DNA of 64,000 bases from Candidatus Rokuibacteriota bacterium (GCA_003220535.1 QHSU01000057.1:246863-310862); one strand, 5' to 3'. Positions 46,467 to 58,297 are shown, numbered from the stretch's first letter. Numbers and translations: made by a program. Notes: generated from the sequence alone by a model not told the origin.

Positions 46467-47609
46467 ATGCGCTACACCAGGATCTCGGCCGACTGCCACA
46501 TCGACATGCCCTGGCTCCCACCCGACCTCTTCACCGCGAACGCCTCCGCGCTCATGAAGGACCGCATGCCCTACGTCGTGGAAGGGCCCGACGGCCTGCA
46601 GTGGACGACGAAGAAGGGCGCGCCGTTCGGGCTCGTCGGCGGGATCGGCTCGACGGGTACGAAGTACGTGCCCGGCCAGAACCACCGGGTGGACGTCATG
46701 GCGTCGACCGGCCTCTACGACGACGGTAAGAAGGGGATCCGCCGGCCGGGCGATCCGCACCTGCGCGTCACGGACATGGACCGGGACGGCGTCCAGGCCG
46801 AGGTGCTCTTCGGCATCCTCGGGGCCGCGACGCGGCTGGGCGACCACGAGGCGGCCGGCGAGATGTTCCGGATCTACAACGACTGGCTCGTCGAGTTCTG
46901 CAAGCACTATCCCGACCGCCACATCGGCCTGGCCTGCCTGCCGTACGGCAACCTCGACGCGGCCGTCAAGGAGATCTACCGCGTGGCACGGCTCGGACTC
47001 CGGGGCCTGGAACTGTCGTGCTCCTGGGACATGGAGCCCATGTGGCACCCGATGTGGGAGCCGCTCTGGCAGGCCGTGAACGACGTAAACCTCCCGCTGC
47101 ACTTCCACACCTTCCCGTCGCTGCCGCCCGGCGTGCGCGAGCGGCAGACGGGCCAGACCCGCCGCGCCGCGTTCTTCACGAGCGTGGCGGGCTTCCAGAT
47201 GAACCTCGTCAACATCCTGGCGGCGGTGATCGGCGCCGCGGTCCTCGAGCGCTACCCGAACATCCGGATCTCGTTCGGCGAGAGCGGCATCGGCTGGATC
47301 CCGTACGCGCTCGATCGAATGGACTTCGAGTGGGAGGACCGCTTCCGCGATCTCGGGCTCACGATGAAGCCGAGCGACTACTGGCGGCGCCAGTGCCGGG
47401 CGACCTTCCAGTTCGATCCGATCGGCACCAAGCTGATCGACGACATGGGCGTCGAGACGCTGATGTGGGGCTCCGACTATCCGCATCCCGACGGCGTCTG
47501 GCCGCAGTCGTCGAGGTACATCCAGGAGCAGTTCGGCCACCTGCCGCCAAACGTCATCCACAAGATCACGTGCGAGAACGCGGGCAAGTTCTACGGCTTG
47601 ATGAGCTAG
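46467..47609 (+). CDS. Amidohydrolase family protein (Amidohydro_2)
   Basis: GGGAGG RBS; SADCH, DMDRDGV, YNDWL, HFH, ESGIGW, WGSDYPH. Confidence 0.9.
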   Translation: MRYTRISADCHIDMPWLPPDLFTANASALMKDRMPYVVEGPDGLQWTTKKGAPFGLVGGIGSTGTKYVPGQNHRVDVMASTGLYDDGKKGIRRPGDPHLRVTDMDRDGVQAEVLFGILGAATRLGDHEAAGEMFRIYNDWLVEFCKHYPDRHIGLACLPYGNLDAAVKEIYRVARLGLRGLELSCSWDMEPMWHPMWEPLWQAVNDVNLPLHFHTFPSLPPGVRERQTGQTRRAAFFTSVAGFQMNLVNILAAVIGAAVLERYPNIRISFGESGIGWIPYALDRMDFEWEDRFRDLGLTMKPSDYWRRQCRATFQFDPIGTKLIDDMGVETLMWGSDYPHPDGVWPQSSRYIQEQFGHLPPNVIHKITCENAGKFYGLMS

Positions 47610-47698
47610 CGGGCTACGCGTCGGCCGTCGACGAGATCCGCCGCGCGCTGTCCCCGCGCTCCTAGCGACGCGCCGGCTGCGTCTTTTTCAGCAGCCGG

Positions 47699-49756
47699 CT
47701 ACGAGCCGGGACGGAGCTGTCGCAGGGCCGCGTGCGGGAGCGCGCGGATGAGCTCTTCGAGGTTCGTCCGACCCTGACGGAGCTTCTCGGCGACGTCGTC
47801 CGCCATCGGTAGGGTCGTCTTCTCCGCGCTCTTCCGGATCTCCTCGAACGTCGCGCCCCGGTTGATCAGCATCACGTCCGCGTCGTTGGGGGACCAGAGC
47901 TCGGCGAGAATCATCCGACCGCGGTACCCGGTGTAGTTGCAGCCACTGCACCCCGGGCCCCGGTACCACTGGAAGTCGGCCGACGGCAGCCCGGGCAGCT
48001 CGGCCAGGAGCTCATCGGGCGGCAGGTAGGGCTCTCGACACTCCATGCACACTTCCCGCACCAGACGCTGCGCGAGCACACCCAGCAGCGACGACGCGAT
48101 GAGGTTCGAATCGACGCCGAGGTCGACCAGCCGCGGCAGCGCGCTGATCGCGTCGTTCGTGTGGAGCGTGCTGAGCACGAGGTGGCCGGTCTGGGCCGCG
48201 CGGAACGCGAGGTCCGCTGTCTCGCTGTCCCGGATCTCGCCGACCATGATCACGTCCGGGTCGTGCCGCAGGAAGGAGCGCAGGTACTTGGCGAACGTGT
48301 TCCCGAGGCGCTCGTCGACCTCGTGCTGACGGAAGACGTCGCAGACGTACTCGATCGGGTTCTCGGCGGTGAGGATCTTGATCCCGGGCTGGTACACGCT
48401 CTTGAGCGCGCCGAAGAGGGTCGTGCTCTTCCCGGAGCCGGTGGGGCCCGTGACCAGAATGATCCCAGTGGACGATCGGAGGAGCTGGCGCAGCTTCGCG
48501 GCGACGGGCTCACGCAAGCCCAGCGCCTCCACGGACTGCGGCAAGCCGCGCGGGTCGAGAATGCGGATGACGGCGCTCTCACCGTAGTAGCTGGGAATGA
48601 GCGAGATGCGGAAATCCACCGTGGTGGTCTGACCGTCTCGCTCCAGACGCGCGCGGAAGCTTCCGTCCTGAGGACGCCGCCGCTCCGCGATGTCGAGCTT
48701 GCTCAAGATCTTGAGTCGCGACATCAGCTTGCCCCGGTGCTGATTCACCAGCTCGTCGAGGTCGGCGAGCTCGAGCTCCTGCAACACGCCGTCGATGCGG
48801 AACCGTGTCTGGATCCGACGATCGACCGCTTCGAGATGAATGTCGGAGGCGCCCTGCTCGACGGCCAGGCTCAGGAGCCGACGGACCATCCCGGCCGTGC
48901 CCTCGGTCTCGCGCTGGACATCGAGGTAGGTCGATCGCTCGTCCGAGAGCCGGTCGAGCTCCTCGAAGGTCATGATGTGCGGCTCACCCGCGATCATGAA
49001 CGGCACCCGTCCGTTAGGCTCCGGCGCGGGCGCGTCCGAGCCCGACGCCGCGAGACTGGGATACATCTGCCCGAGCGCCCGGCGGATGCTAGCCGTCGTG
49101 GACGTGATCACTTCGATCTCGAGCCCCGTGCTCGACTTGAGATCGTCGACGACCGCCGTGCGCGTCGGATCGTCCATCGCCACGACCAGGGTCTGGCCGA
49201 CCCGCGCGATCGGGACGACGAGCCGCTTCTTGGCGAACCGCGGATTGATCAGGGCTTTCAGCGATCGGTCCAGGACGATCGTGTCGAGGTCGAAGAAATT
49301 GATGTGGAGCTGGAGACATAACGCGCGCCGCATCTGCTCTTCGGTGACGAACTTCAGCCGGATGACGACTTCGCCAAGCGACTGCTTCCAGCGCCGCTGC
49401 TCGGAGAGCGCCGTCGCCAGCTGGTCGGCGGTGAGCGCATTCGTCTTGACCAGGAGCTCGCCGAGCTTCGAGCGGCGCCGGTAGCGCTCGAGGACCGACA
49501 GGAGCTGGGTCCGCGTGATGACCTTCTGGGCGACCAGGATGTGGCCGAGCGGCATGTAGGTCTTCGACTGACCCTGCACGCGCAGGGCCTTCTGCACCTG
49601 GGCCTGTGTCGCGAGACCCTCGGCGACGAGCAGGTCACCAAGCCGCAGAGCGGCCGCCTGGCGGCGGGAGGTGCCGCTGCCGATAGTCAGATGCCCGGCG
49701 CTGTCCGATGGGATCAGGCGGGCCGACTCTACCTCGTCCCGAGGCTCAGAATTCAC
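47699..49756 (-). CDS. GspE/PilB family secretion ATPase with tandem N-terminal MshEN motifs
   Basis: ASDIHLE, RRPQDG, GPTGSGKST, DPDVIMVGEIRD, TGHLVLSTLHTND, CxxC...CxxC; start uncertain. Confidence 0.92.
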   Translation of the reverse strand: MNSEPRDEVESARLIPSDSAGHLTIGSGTSRRQAAALRLGDLLVAEGLATQAQVQKALRVQGQSKTYMPLGHILVAQKVITRTQLLSVLERYRRRSKLGELLVKTNALTADQLATALSEQRRWKQSLGEVVIRLKFVTEEQMRRALCLQLHINFFDLDTIVLDRSLKALINPRFAKKRLVVPIARVGQTLVVAMDDPTRTAVVDDLKSSTGLEIEVITSTTASIRRALGQMYPSLAASGSDAPAPEPNGRVPFMIAGEPHIMTFEELDRLSDERSTYLDVQRETEGTAGMVRRLLSLAVEQGASDIHLEAVDRRIQTRFRIDGVLQELELADLDELVNQHRGKLMSRLKILSKLDIAERRRPQDGSFRARLERDGQTTTVDFRISLIPSYYGESAVIRILDPRGLPQSVEALGLREPVAAKLRQLLRSSTGIILVTGPTGSGKSTTLFGALKSVYQPGIKILTAENPIEYVCDVFRQHEVDERLGNTFAKYLRSFLRHDPDVIMVGEIRDSETADLAFRAAQTGHLVLSTLHTNDAISALPRLVDLGVDSNLIASSLLGVLAQRLVREVCMECREPYLPPDELLAELPGLPSADFQWYRGPGCSGCNYTGYRGRMILAELWSPNDADVMLINRGATFEEIRKSAEKTTLPMADDVAEKLRQGRTNLEELIRALPHAALRQLRPGS

Positions 49757-49771
49757 CGAGCAATTTCAGGA

Positions 49772-49787
49772 AGCAATGAATCTGCCA
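49772..49787 (-). promoter_or_regulatory. Sigma-54 -24/-12 promoter of the GspE/PilB gene
   Basis: Minus strand TGGCAGATTCATTGCT (GG-N10-GC with TTGC). Confidence 0.75.
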
Positions 49788-49932
49788 CTCCAGGGGTGGG
49801 GGCTAAGCCACTGAAAAGGTGAGCGCGTCGTTTTGCGCGCTTCGCGTCGAAGCGGGGAATCCTGGCTCAGAACCTACCGGACTGGCCGGTTCTTCACGCC
49901 GCGAGTCAACGCTGTCTTATCATCGCGGTCTC

Positions 49933-51145
49933 ATGTCCGACATCCCCCGCCGGCAGGGCTGGGTGGTGGTGGGCGCCTGCTCGCTCGTCATGTTCGGCGT
50001 GTGGAACTCGCACGCCGGGTTCGGTGTGTTCCTTCCGGTGCTGGTGAAGGAGTTCGGGTGGAGCCGCGGCGCAATCTCCATCGCCCCCTCGCTGAACTTG
50101 ATCGTTGGAGGCCTCATCGCGTTCATGGTCGGCGCCGCCAGCGACCGCTATGGTCCCCGGCGCATCCTCATCGTCAGCGCGATCCTGGTGGGGGCGCTCT
50201 ACGCGCTCGCATCGCTGATCGACGCGTTGTGGCACCTGTACCTCGTGCTGGGCGTCTTCCTCGGGATCGCGATGGCCTCGGTCTATCTGGTGCCGACCAC
50301 GACCGTGTCGCGCTGGTTCGTCGACCAGCGGGGCCTGGCGCTGGGCATCCTGCTGGCCGGGCTCAATCTGGCGTTCGTGACCGGCCCGCGGCTCTCCGCC
50401 TACCTGATCGAGCGGCTGGGCTGGCGGAACACGTATCTCGTCCTCGGTGCGCTCGTGTGGCTCATCGCGATCCCCGGGAGCATCTTCACCAGGTTTCCTC
50501 CCCCCGAGCGGGACGCCGGGACGCGCAGCGGTCGAGCCGCCCAGCCCGGAGGATCGACGTTCGGCGAGGCGCTCGCTGATCGCCGATTGTGGCTCCTCGT
50601 GACGGCGTGGCTCCTCCTGGGGTTCAACCAGATGATGATGTCGGTTCACCTGGTCTCGTACGTGAGCGACCAGGGCGTCACGCTGGAGCGCGCGTCGCTG
50701 GCCTTGACCATCCTGGGCACGGGGACCATCGCGGGCAGGATTCTGTTCGGCATGGCGGCGGATCGGGTCGGGACGAAGCCCACGTTCTGGTTCTGCCTGG
50801 CTCTGCAGATCGTCACGCTCGTCTCGATCGTGGCCGGGCCGTCACTGCAGGTGCTGGACGTTCTGCTCTTCTGGCTCGGGCTCTCGGGCGCGGGGAGCGA
50901 CACCGCGCTGGTGAAAGGCGCGGTCGAAACCTTCGGCGTGCGAGCGATTGGCGCGGTCATGGGGATCTTGAGCTTCGGCTGGCGCTGCGGCGCTGCGCTG
51001 GGACCGACCGCGGCCGGCTTCCTCTACGACGCGACGGGCTCCTACACGCTCGCGGTTCAGCTTCGCCGCGGGCGGGCTGGCCGTGAGCTGCGCGTTCTTC
51101 ACCATCGGGACCTCGGCGCCCCGAAGCCGGTCCGGCTACTTGTAG
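49933..51145 (+). CDS. MFS transporter with a +1 frameshift near the 3' end
   Basis: SDRYGPRR and ADRVGTK motif A; removing one G at about 51055 restores the final TM (SYTLAFSFAAGGLAVSCAFF) and the TAG at 51143-51145. Confidence 0.82.
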
Positions 51146-52161
51146 AGGATGTCCTTCAGCTTGGCGATGAGTGTTTGATCCAGCGTGAACACCTCGGCGA
51201 TCAGTTTCTCGAGCTCCTCGGCGGTCGCCGGCTCGAGCGTGAGCTTGGCCTTTTCCGCTTCGGCCTGGAAGGCCTGGTCCTTCAGCGTTTCCTGGAATGC
51301 CTTGCGCAGGAGGATGACCCGATCCTTGGGAGTGCCCGGGGGCAGGGCGAAGGGACGGGCGAAGGCGCTCGGGTTCTGGATGCCGACCTTGATGAGCTGA
51401 CGGGCTTCCTCGGTCTTCGCGAGGCTGAGCGCCAGCGGGACACCCGGGAGATCGGGAAACGCGCGGGCGCTCGTCTGCAGCACGGCGACGACTTCACCGG
51501 TGTCGAGGGCGCCACGCCAGGTCGATCGCATCGACTCCCACGACCAGCAGGCGCCGGCGAGCTCGCCGGACGACGCGGCTAGCCGGATCTCGGCGGTTCC
51601 CTTGTAGCCCGACACGAGCTGGATCGGAAGCCCGAGGGCCGCCTTCAAGACCCGGGCGTTACTGTCGGGTGAGCCGCCGGGCGCGACGCCGCCGACCTTC
51701 ACCGGCGTCTTCGCGGCCATCCATTTCTCGACGGACGTGATCCCGCTCGCCTTGGTCATCGCGCAGACCGAGTCTTCCTTGATCGCAGCCCCGATCATCT
51801 CGAATTTCCGTGCGTCGAACTCGACGCCCGGCTGGCCCAGGACCTGTCCCAGAAACAGGCCGCCGTTGAAATGCCCGATGGTGAGCCCATCGGGCTTCGC
51901 GACCCGATAGAGGTGATTCGCCGCGATGAGGCTCCCGGCGCCCGGCATGTTCTCGACGACGATGGTGGGTGTGCCGGGGATGTGCTTCCCCATGTGCCGC
52001 GAGATGACGCGGGCGTACGTGTCGAAGCCGCCTCCGGGAACGAAGCCGACGACGACGCGCAGAGTCTTGCCCTCGAAGAAGGACTGGGCATGAACCCCGC
52101 TGCCGCCGCCCACGGCGAGCACGATGACTGCGGTCGAGAGCGCGAGAAGTCGTCTCTTCAC
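51136..52161 (-). CDS. Tripartite tricarboxylate transporter substrate-binding protein (Bug/TctC-like)
   Basis: Signal peptide, VGFVPGGGFD, VENMPGAGS, KPDGLT, GYKG, PPGTP; start GTG 52161 or ATG 52209. Confidence 0.88.
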   Translation of the reverse strand: MKRRLLALSTAVIVLAVGGGSGVHAQSFFEGKTLRVVVGFVPGGGFDTYARVISRHMGKHIPGTPTIVVENMPGAGSLIAANHLYRVAKPDGLTIGHFNGGLFLGQVLGQPGVEFDARKFEMIGAAIKEDSVCAMTKASGITSVEKWMAAKTPVKVGGVAPGGSPDSNARVLKAALGLPIQLVSGYKGTAEIRLAASSGELAGACWSWESMRSTWRGALDTGEVVAVLQTSARAFPDLPGVPLALSLAKTEEARQLIKVGIQNPSAFARPFALPPGTPKDRVILLRKAFQETLKDQAFQAEAEKAKLTLEPATAEELEKLIAEVFTLDQTLIAKLKDILYK

Positions 52162-52353
52162 AAGGCGGGAATGTAGGCCGCCCCACGAAGCGATGTCAAT
52201 CAGTGGCATCGCGGGGACCTCGATCCGATTGTGTCGACAGATTTTACGATTTTGTCCGCGCGTATCCGGGGTGACGCTTCAGTGCTCTCCAACTTCCGAA
52301 AAAAGGCGTGCGTTGCTAGGGTGGCATGAGATCCTGACGTTCCGCCGCCAGCC

Positions 52354-53366
<1,013 letters not shown>

Positions 53367-53370
<4 letters not shown>

Positions 53371-54404
53371 CGCTCGGCGGCCTCGTCCCGGTGATAGAGG
53401 AAGCAGCTCGCGCGCTGCTCGCGCCCGACCGGCTTGAGCGCCGGCACCCGCTCGGTGCAGACCCCTGGAATCGCGTCCGGACAGCGCGGGTGGAAGGGGC
53501 AGCCGCGCGGGCGTCCCAGGGGATGCGGGATCGACCCGGCGATCGTCGGCAGGAGCGTCCGCGGCGTGGCGTGGACGCTCGGGATGGACCTCAGCAACGC
53601 GCGCGTGTACGGGTGCTTCGGCGCGTGGAAGATGTCCGCGACCGAGCCCTGCTCCATCACACGCCCGAGGTACATGACGACGACGTGGTGGGCCATCTGG
53701 GCGATCACGCCGAGGTCGTGGGTGATGAACACGATCGCGGTGTCGTGCCGGCGCTGCAGGTCGCGGAGGAGATTCAGGATCTGGGCTTGTGTCGTGACGT
53801 CGATCGCGGTGGTCGGCTCGTCGGCGATCAGGAGTCGCGGTCGACACGAGAGAGCCATCGCGATCATGGCGCGCTGCCGCAGCCCGCCCGAGAGCTGCCA
53901 CGAGTAGGCGTCGACGCGCGCCTCGGGCATCGAGATGCCGACGCTGCGGAGCAGATCGACGGTCATCCCGCGCGCTTCGCGCCGGGAGAGCCGCGGTCCG
54001 GCCCCTCGCCACTGGCGCTCGTGGAGCCGGAGCGCCTCGGTGATCTGATCGCCGACCGTGTGGACGGGGCTGAAGGCCGCCATCGGCTCCTGGGGAATCA
54101 GCGCGATCTCGGCGCCCCGAATGGCGCGCATCGCGGTGCCCTTCGGCGAGAGCCGGGCCAGGTCGACGGCCGGGGCCGCATCCTGACGAAAGAGGATCTG
54201 GCCCGCGACGATCCGACCGGGCGGCTCGACGATCTGCAAGATGGCCTTCATGGTCACGCTCTTCCCGCACCCGCTCTCGCCGACGATTCCGACCACCTGG
54301 CCGGGACGAACATCGAAGCTCACGCCGTCGACCGCCCGCACGACGCCCTCGTCGAGGAAAAAATGGACCCGCAGATCCTTGACCTCGAGAACGGGCGTCG
54401 TCAC
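53367..54404 (-). CDS. Peptide/nickel ABC transporter ATP-binding protein (OppD/DppD-like)
   Basis: [39 protein letters not shown]. Confidence 0.92.
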
Positions 54405-55525
54405 TGGCTGTAGGGGTCGGCGGCGTCGCGCAACCCGTCGCCCACGAGGTTGAAGGCCAGGACCGAGAGAATGACCACGAGCCCGGGCACGAGGAGCCAG
54501 GGAGCGAGCGCCACCGTCTGGATGTTCTGCGCTTCCTGCAGGAGCACGCCCCAGCTGATCGCGGGCGGCCGGATCCCGAGGCCCAGAAAGGAGAGGGATG
54601 TCTCGTTGATGATCATGGCCGGAATGGCGAGCGTGCTGGTGGCGATGATGTGGGACAGGAACGTCGGAACCATGTGGCGGGCGATGATGCGACCCTGGCT
54701 CGCCCCGGCCAGCTCGGCCGCCAGCACGAAGTCCTCGTCGCGGAGCGTCAGGAACCGCCCGCGGACTTCTCGGCCGAGCGTCGTCCAGCCCACCAGGGAC
54801 AAGATCACCGTGATGGCGAAGAACACCTGCGGGGGCGACCAGTCACGGGGCAGCGCCGCCGTGAGCGCGAGCCAGATCGGGATCGTCGGCAGGGACTGCA
54901 GGAGCTCGATCAGCCGCTGGATCACGACATCGGCGAGCCCGCCGAAGTAGCCGGAGATGCCGCCGAGCAGCACCCCCAGGACGACGGAGAAGGTGACGGC
55001 GGTGAGGCCGATCGTCATGGAGGTACGCGTGCCGTGCACGAGGCGCGACCACTGATCGCGCCCGAGGCGATCGGTGCCCAGCAGATAGAGCCGCTCGCGG
55101 CCATCCGCGGTCGCCGCGCCGAGGAGATGGGTCCGGGTCTGCACGATCCCGAGCAGGCGGTACGAATAGCCCGTGACGAAGAACCGGACCGGGATCTTGC
55201 GGCTCTCGTCGACGCGCCATTCCATGCGGAGCGTGGTCGGGTTGCGCTTGCCCACGACGTCGGGGACCCATGGACTCGGGCGCCCGCCGTCGAGGACGTG
55301 GAGCCGCTGGAGGGGAATGAACGCCAGGCGGGCGTCCGTCGCCTCGGGGTCCTGGGTGCTGAAGAAATCGGGGCACAGCACGACCACGTAGAGGGCGAGC
55401 AGCAGGAGCGCGCTCAGGAGCGCCAGGCGGTGCTTTCGGAACCGCCACCACACGAGCCGCCAGTTCGAGGCGACCGAGACGCGGTCCTCGGCCGTGTCCG
55501 GGGTCGCGGGCGCGGGTTCGGTCAT
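54401..55525 (-). CDS. Peptide ABC transporter permease (OppC/DppC-like)
   Basis: [12 protein letters not shown]-like loop [28 protein letters not shown]. Confidence 0.92.
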   Translation of the reverse strand: MTEPAPATPDTAEDRVSVASNWRLVWWRFRKHRLALLSALLLLALYVVVLCPDFFSTQDPEATDARLAFIPLQRLHVLDGGRPSPWVPDVVGKRNPTTLRMEWRVDESRKIPVRFFVTGYSYRLLGIVQTRTHLLGAATADGRERLYLLGTDRLGRDQWSRLVHGTRTSMTIGLTAVTFSVVLGVLLGGISGYFGGLADVVIQRLIELLQSLPTIPIWLALTAALPRDWSPPQVFFAITVILSLVGWTTLGREVRGRFLTLRDEDFVLAAELAGASQGRIIARHMVPTFLSHIIATSTLAIPAMIINETSLSFLGLGIRPPAISWGVLLQEAQNIQTVALAPWLLVPGLVVILSVLAFNLVGDGLRDAADPYSQ

Positions 55526-55526
55526 C

Positions 55527-56516
55527 TCATCCCTCTTCGAGCCGGATCCGCGGGTCGAGCCAGGCCAGGAGGATGTCGGAGATCAGCGTGCCCACGATGG
55601 TGAGAAAGCAGTAGATGAGGAGAATGCTCCCGGCCAGGTACATGTCCTGGTTGATGAGCGCCCTGAGCAGAAGGGGGCCGATGTTGGGGAGATTCATGAC
55701 GGTCGCGACGATCAGGCTCCCGGAGAAGAGGGCGGGCAGGTACCAGCCGATCGTGCTCACCAGCGGATTCAGCGCGAGACGGGCCGGGTAGCGCAGCACG
55801 AGCCGCCATTCCGGTAGCCCCTTCGCGCGCGCGGTGGTGACGTAGGGCTTGTTCAGCTCGTCTAGCAGGTTGGCGCGCATCACCCGCGTGAGCCGCGCCG
55901 TCCCGGCGACGCCGAGCACGACCGCCGGGAGCCAGACGTGCCGCAAGAGGTCGACCACGCGCGCCCAGTTCCACGGCGCCTCCACGAAGTCGGGCGAGAA
56001 GAGTCCGGTGACGGAGAGACCGAAGTATGCGAAGGCACCCCACATGAGCACGAGCGCTAGCATGAAGTTGGGCGTCGCGACTCCGACGTAGTTGAGAACG
56101 GTGAGCAGATAGTCGACCGCCGACCGCGGGTGCATGGCCGAGTAGATGCCGGCCGGAATCGCGACGACCCAGGTGAAGACGAACGAAAACAACGCCAGCA
56201 CCATCGTCAGCACGAGCCGCTCGCCGATCAGCTCGGCATTGGGACGCTGGTACTCGAGCGAGAGGCCGAGGTTGCCCCGCGCCAGATTCTCCATCCATCG
56301 GAGGTACTGGACCCAGACGGGTCGATCGAGACCGTATTCTCGTCGGAGCGCGTCGATCTGCTCGGCATTGATCGAGCTTCCCGACGACGCGAGCGTCGCC
56401 ACGTAGGTGGTGAGAAAGTCCCCCGGCGGCGCCTGGACGATCGCGAAGACGGTCACCGAGAACAGGAAGAGGAGGATGGGGAGCAGGATGAGGCGCTTCA
56501 GGACGTATCGGGTCAT
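55527..56516 (-). CDS. Peptide ABC transporter permease (OppB/DppB-like)
   Basis: PPGD, YGLDRP, YVTTARAKGL, SDILLAWLDPRIR. Confidence 0.92.
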   Translation of the reverse strand: MTRYVLKRLILLPILLFLFSVTVFAIVQAPPGDFLTTYVATLASSGSSINAEQIDALRREYGLDRPVWVQYLRWMENLARGNLGLSLEYQRPNAELIGERLVLTMVLALFSFVFTWVVAIPAGIYSAMHPRSAVDYLLTVLNYVGVATPNFMLALVLMWGAFAYFGLSVTGLFSPDFVEAPWNWARVVDLLRHVWLPAVVLGVAGTARLTRVMRANLLDELNKPYVTTARAKGLPEWRLVLRYPARLALNPLVSTIGWYLPALFSGSLIVATVMNLPNIGPLLLRALINQDMYLAGSILLIYCFLTIVGTLISDILLAWLDPRIRLEEG

Positions 56517-56551
56517 CGGCGCCCTATCTTCGCACGGCTCCAGAAGCCGGC

Positions 56552-56580
56552 TTGACAGATCCGAACGATCGTACTATTTT
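56552..56580 (+). promoter_or_regulatory. Sigma-70 promoter of tetR overlapped by a palindromic operator
   Basis: TTGACA (56552-57)-N17-TATTTT (56575-80); CGAACGATCGTACTA at 56562-56576. Confidence 0.78.
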
Positions 56581-56587
56581 ATGAGCC

Positions 56588-57274
56588 ATGCGGTCAACGG
56601 CGAGAGGCCCGGCGAAGCCGCGGCCGGCGTCAAAGGGCGAGCAGACGCGCGAGGCGATCCTCACGCACGCCCTCGGGCTCGCGACCCGGATCGGCTTCGA
56701 GGGGCTGACGATCGGCCGGCTGGCCGAGGACCTGCGCATGTCCAAGAGCGGCCTGTTCGCCCACTTTCGCTCGAAGGAGGCCCTGCAGCTCGAGATCCTC
56801 CGGATGGCGGGCGCCCGAATGGTCGAGACCGTCGTGAAGCCCGCCCTGAGCGTCCCGCGCGGCGAGGCGCGCGTCCGCGCCCTGTTCGAGCGCTGGCTCG
56901 CGTGGGAGCAGTCGCCGAGCCTGCCCGGGGGCTGCCCGTTCATGGCGGCCTCGTTCGAGCTCGACGACCGGCCGGGCCCGGTGCGCGACTTCGTCGTCCA
57001 GAACCTGCGCGACTGGATGGACACGCTGGGCGGCGCCGCTCGCATCGCGGTGCAGGAAGGCCACTTCCGCGCCGACCTCGACTGCGAGCAGTTCGCCCAC
57101 GACTGCCAGGGGATCGGTCTGGCGTTCGTGCACGCCTCGCGCCTCATGCGCGACCCCAAAGCCCGTACTCGTGCCGACACCGCGTTCGCCGCCTTGCTTC
57201 GTGCCTGCCGCGCGCCCTCGCGCACGGCTTCGGCCACGTCACCCGCCGCCGCCTCGAGCGGACGGCGCCGCTAA
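56588..57274 (+). CDS. TetR/AcrR family transcriptional regulator
   Basis: HTH GFEGLTIGRLAEDLRMSKSGLFAHFRSKE; GGCPF; ELDDRPG. Confidence 0.93.
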   Translation: MRSTARGPAKPRPASKGEQTREAILTHALGLATRIGFEGLTIGRLAEDLRMSKSGLFAHFRSKEALQLEILRMAGARMVETVVKPALSVPRGEARVRALFERWLAWEQSPSLPGGCPFMAASFELDDRPGPVRDFVVQNLRDWMDTLGGAARIAVQEGHFRADLDCEQFAHDCQGIGLAFVHASRLMRDPKARTRADTAFAALLRACRAPSRTASATSPAAASSGRRR

Positions 57275-57295
57275 GACCCGCAGAGGAGATCAGCT

Positions 57296-58255
57296 ATGAC
57301 TGACGCCGACTACATCGCGATGGAGAAAAGCACGATCGTTCGATCGGGTCGACGGGCTCGCCTCCTGCCCCTCGCTCGGCAGGGGAACCGCGCGCTCTCG
57401 GCGCTGGCACCGGCGCTCGCGGCGCGACTCGCGGAGCGCCTGTTTCTCACGCCGCCGCTGACACGCCGTCCCGCCGCGGAGATCGATCTGCTCGCCACCG
57501 CTCGCGCGCGGCCGATGCACGTGGGCGCGCGTCGGATCGAGACGTGGGTGTGGGGGAGCGGACCGCGCGTGCTCCTCGTGCACGGCTGGGGTGGCCGCGG
57601 CGCACAGCTCGGCGCCCTGGTTGGGCCCCTGGTCGCGCGCGGCTTTTCGGTCGTGACGTTCGATGCTCCGGGCCACGGCGCCTCCGACTCGGGTCTGGTG
57701 ACGATTCCCGAGATGATCGGCGCGATTCGCGCCGTCGCCGCCTCGCGCGGGCCTCTCGCCGGGCTCATTGCGCATTCGGTTGGCGCCACGGCGGCGGTGA
57801 GGGCGCTCTACGAGGGCCTCGAAGTCGGCGCCGCCGTGTTCGTTGGCGCCGCCGCCGAGCTGACTGGGCCCGCGGTACGATTCTCCGAGACCCTGGGGTT
57901 CTCGCGCGCAGTGCGCGATCGGATGCACCGGCTGATCGAGGAGCGCGTCGGTCGGCCCTGGTCGGCCTTCGACGTGACCACGCTGGCGCCGGCGCTGGCC
58001 GCGCCGCTTCTCGTGATCCACGACCGGGGCGATGCCGAGGTGCCCTGGCAGCACGGCATGATGATCACCCGGGCCTGGCGCGGAGCCGACATGCTGATGA
58101 CTGAGGGGCTGGGACATCGTCGAATCCTGCGCGATCCAGATGTGGTGGCGGCCGCGGTGGCGTTCCTGACCGCCCGCGTCCCCGAGCGCGGCGTCGCCGC
58201 GACGGACGTCGAGGCTCCGCAGGGCACGCCCCTGGAGATTCTGATGGCGGGCTGA
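57296..58255 (+). CDS. Alpha/beta fold hydrolase
   Basis: GAGGAG RBS; LVHGWGG, DAPGHG, AHSVG, IHDRGD, GLGHRRIL. Confidence 0.9.
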   Translation: MTDADYIAMEKSTIVRSGRRARLLPLARQGNRALSALAPALAARLAERLFLTPPLTRRPAAEIDLLATARARPMHVGARRIETWVWGSGPRVLLVHGWGGRGAQLGALVGPLVARGFSVVTFDAPGHGASDSGLVTIPEMIGAIRAVAASRGPLAGLIAHSVGATAAVRALYEGLEVGAAVFVGAAAELTGPAVRFSETLGFSRAVRDRMHRLIEERVGRPWSAFDVTTLAPALAAPLLVIHDRGDAEVPWQHGMMITRAWRGADMLMTEGLGHRRILRDPDVVAAAVAFLTARVPERGVAATDVEAPQGTPLEILMAG

Positions 58256-58297
58256 GCTCCGCAGTCGGTCAGGCGCTTGCGGTGCGCAGAGTTCTCC

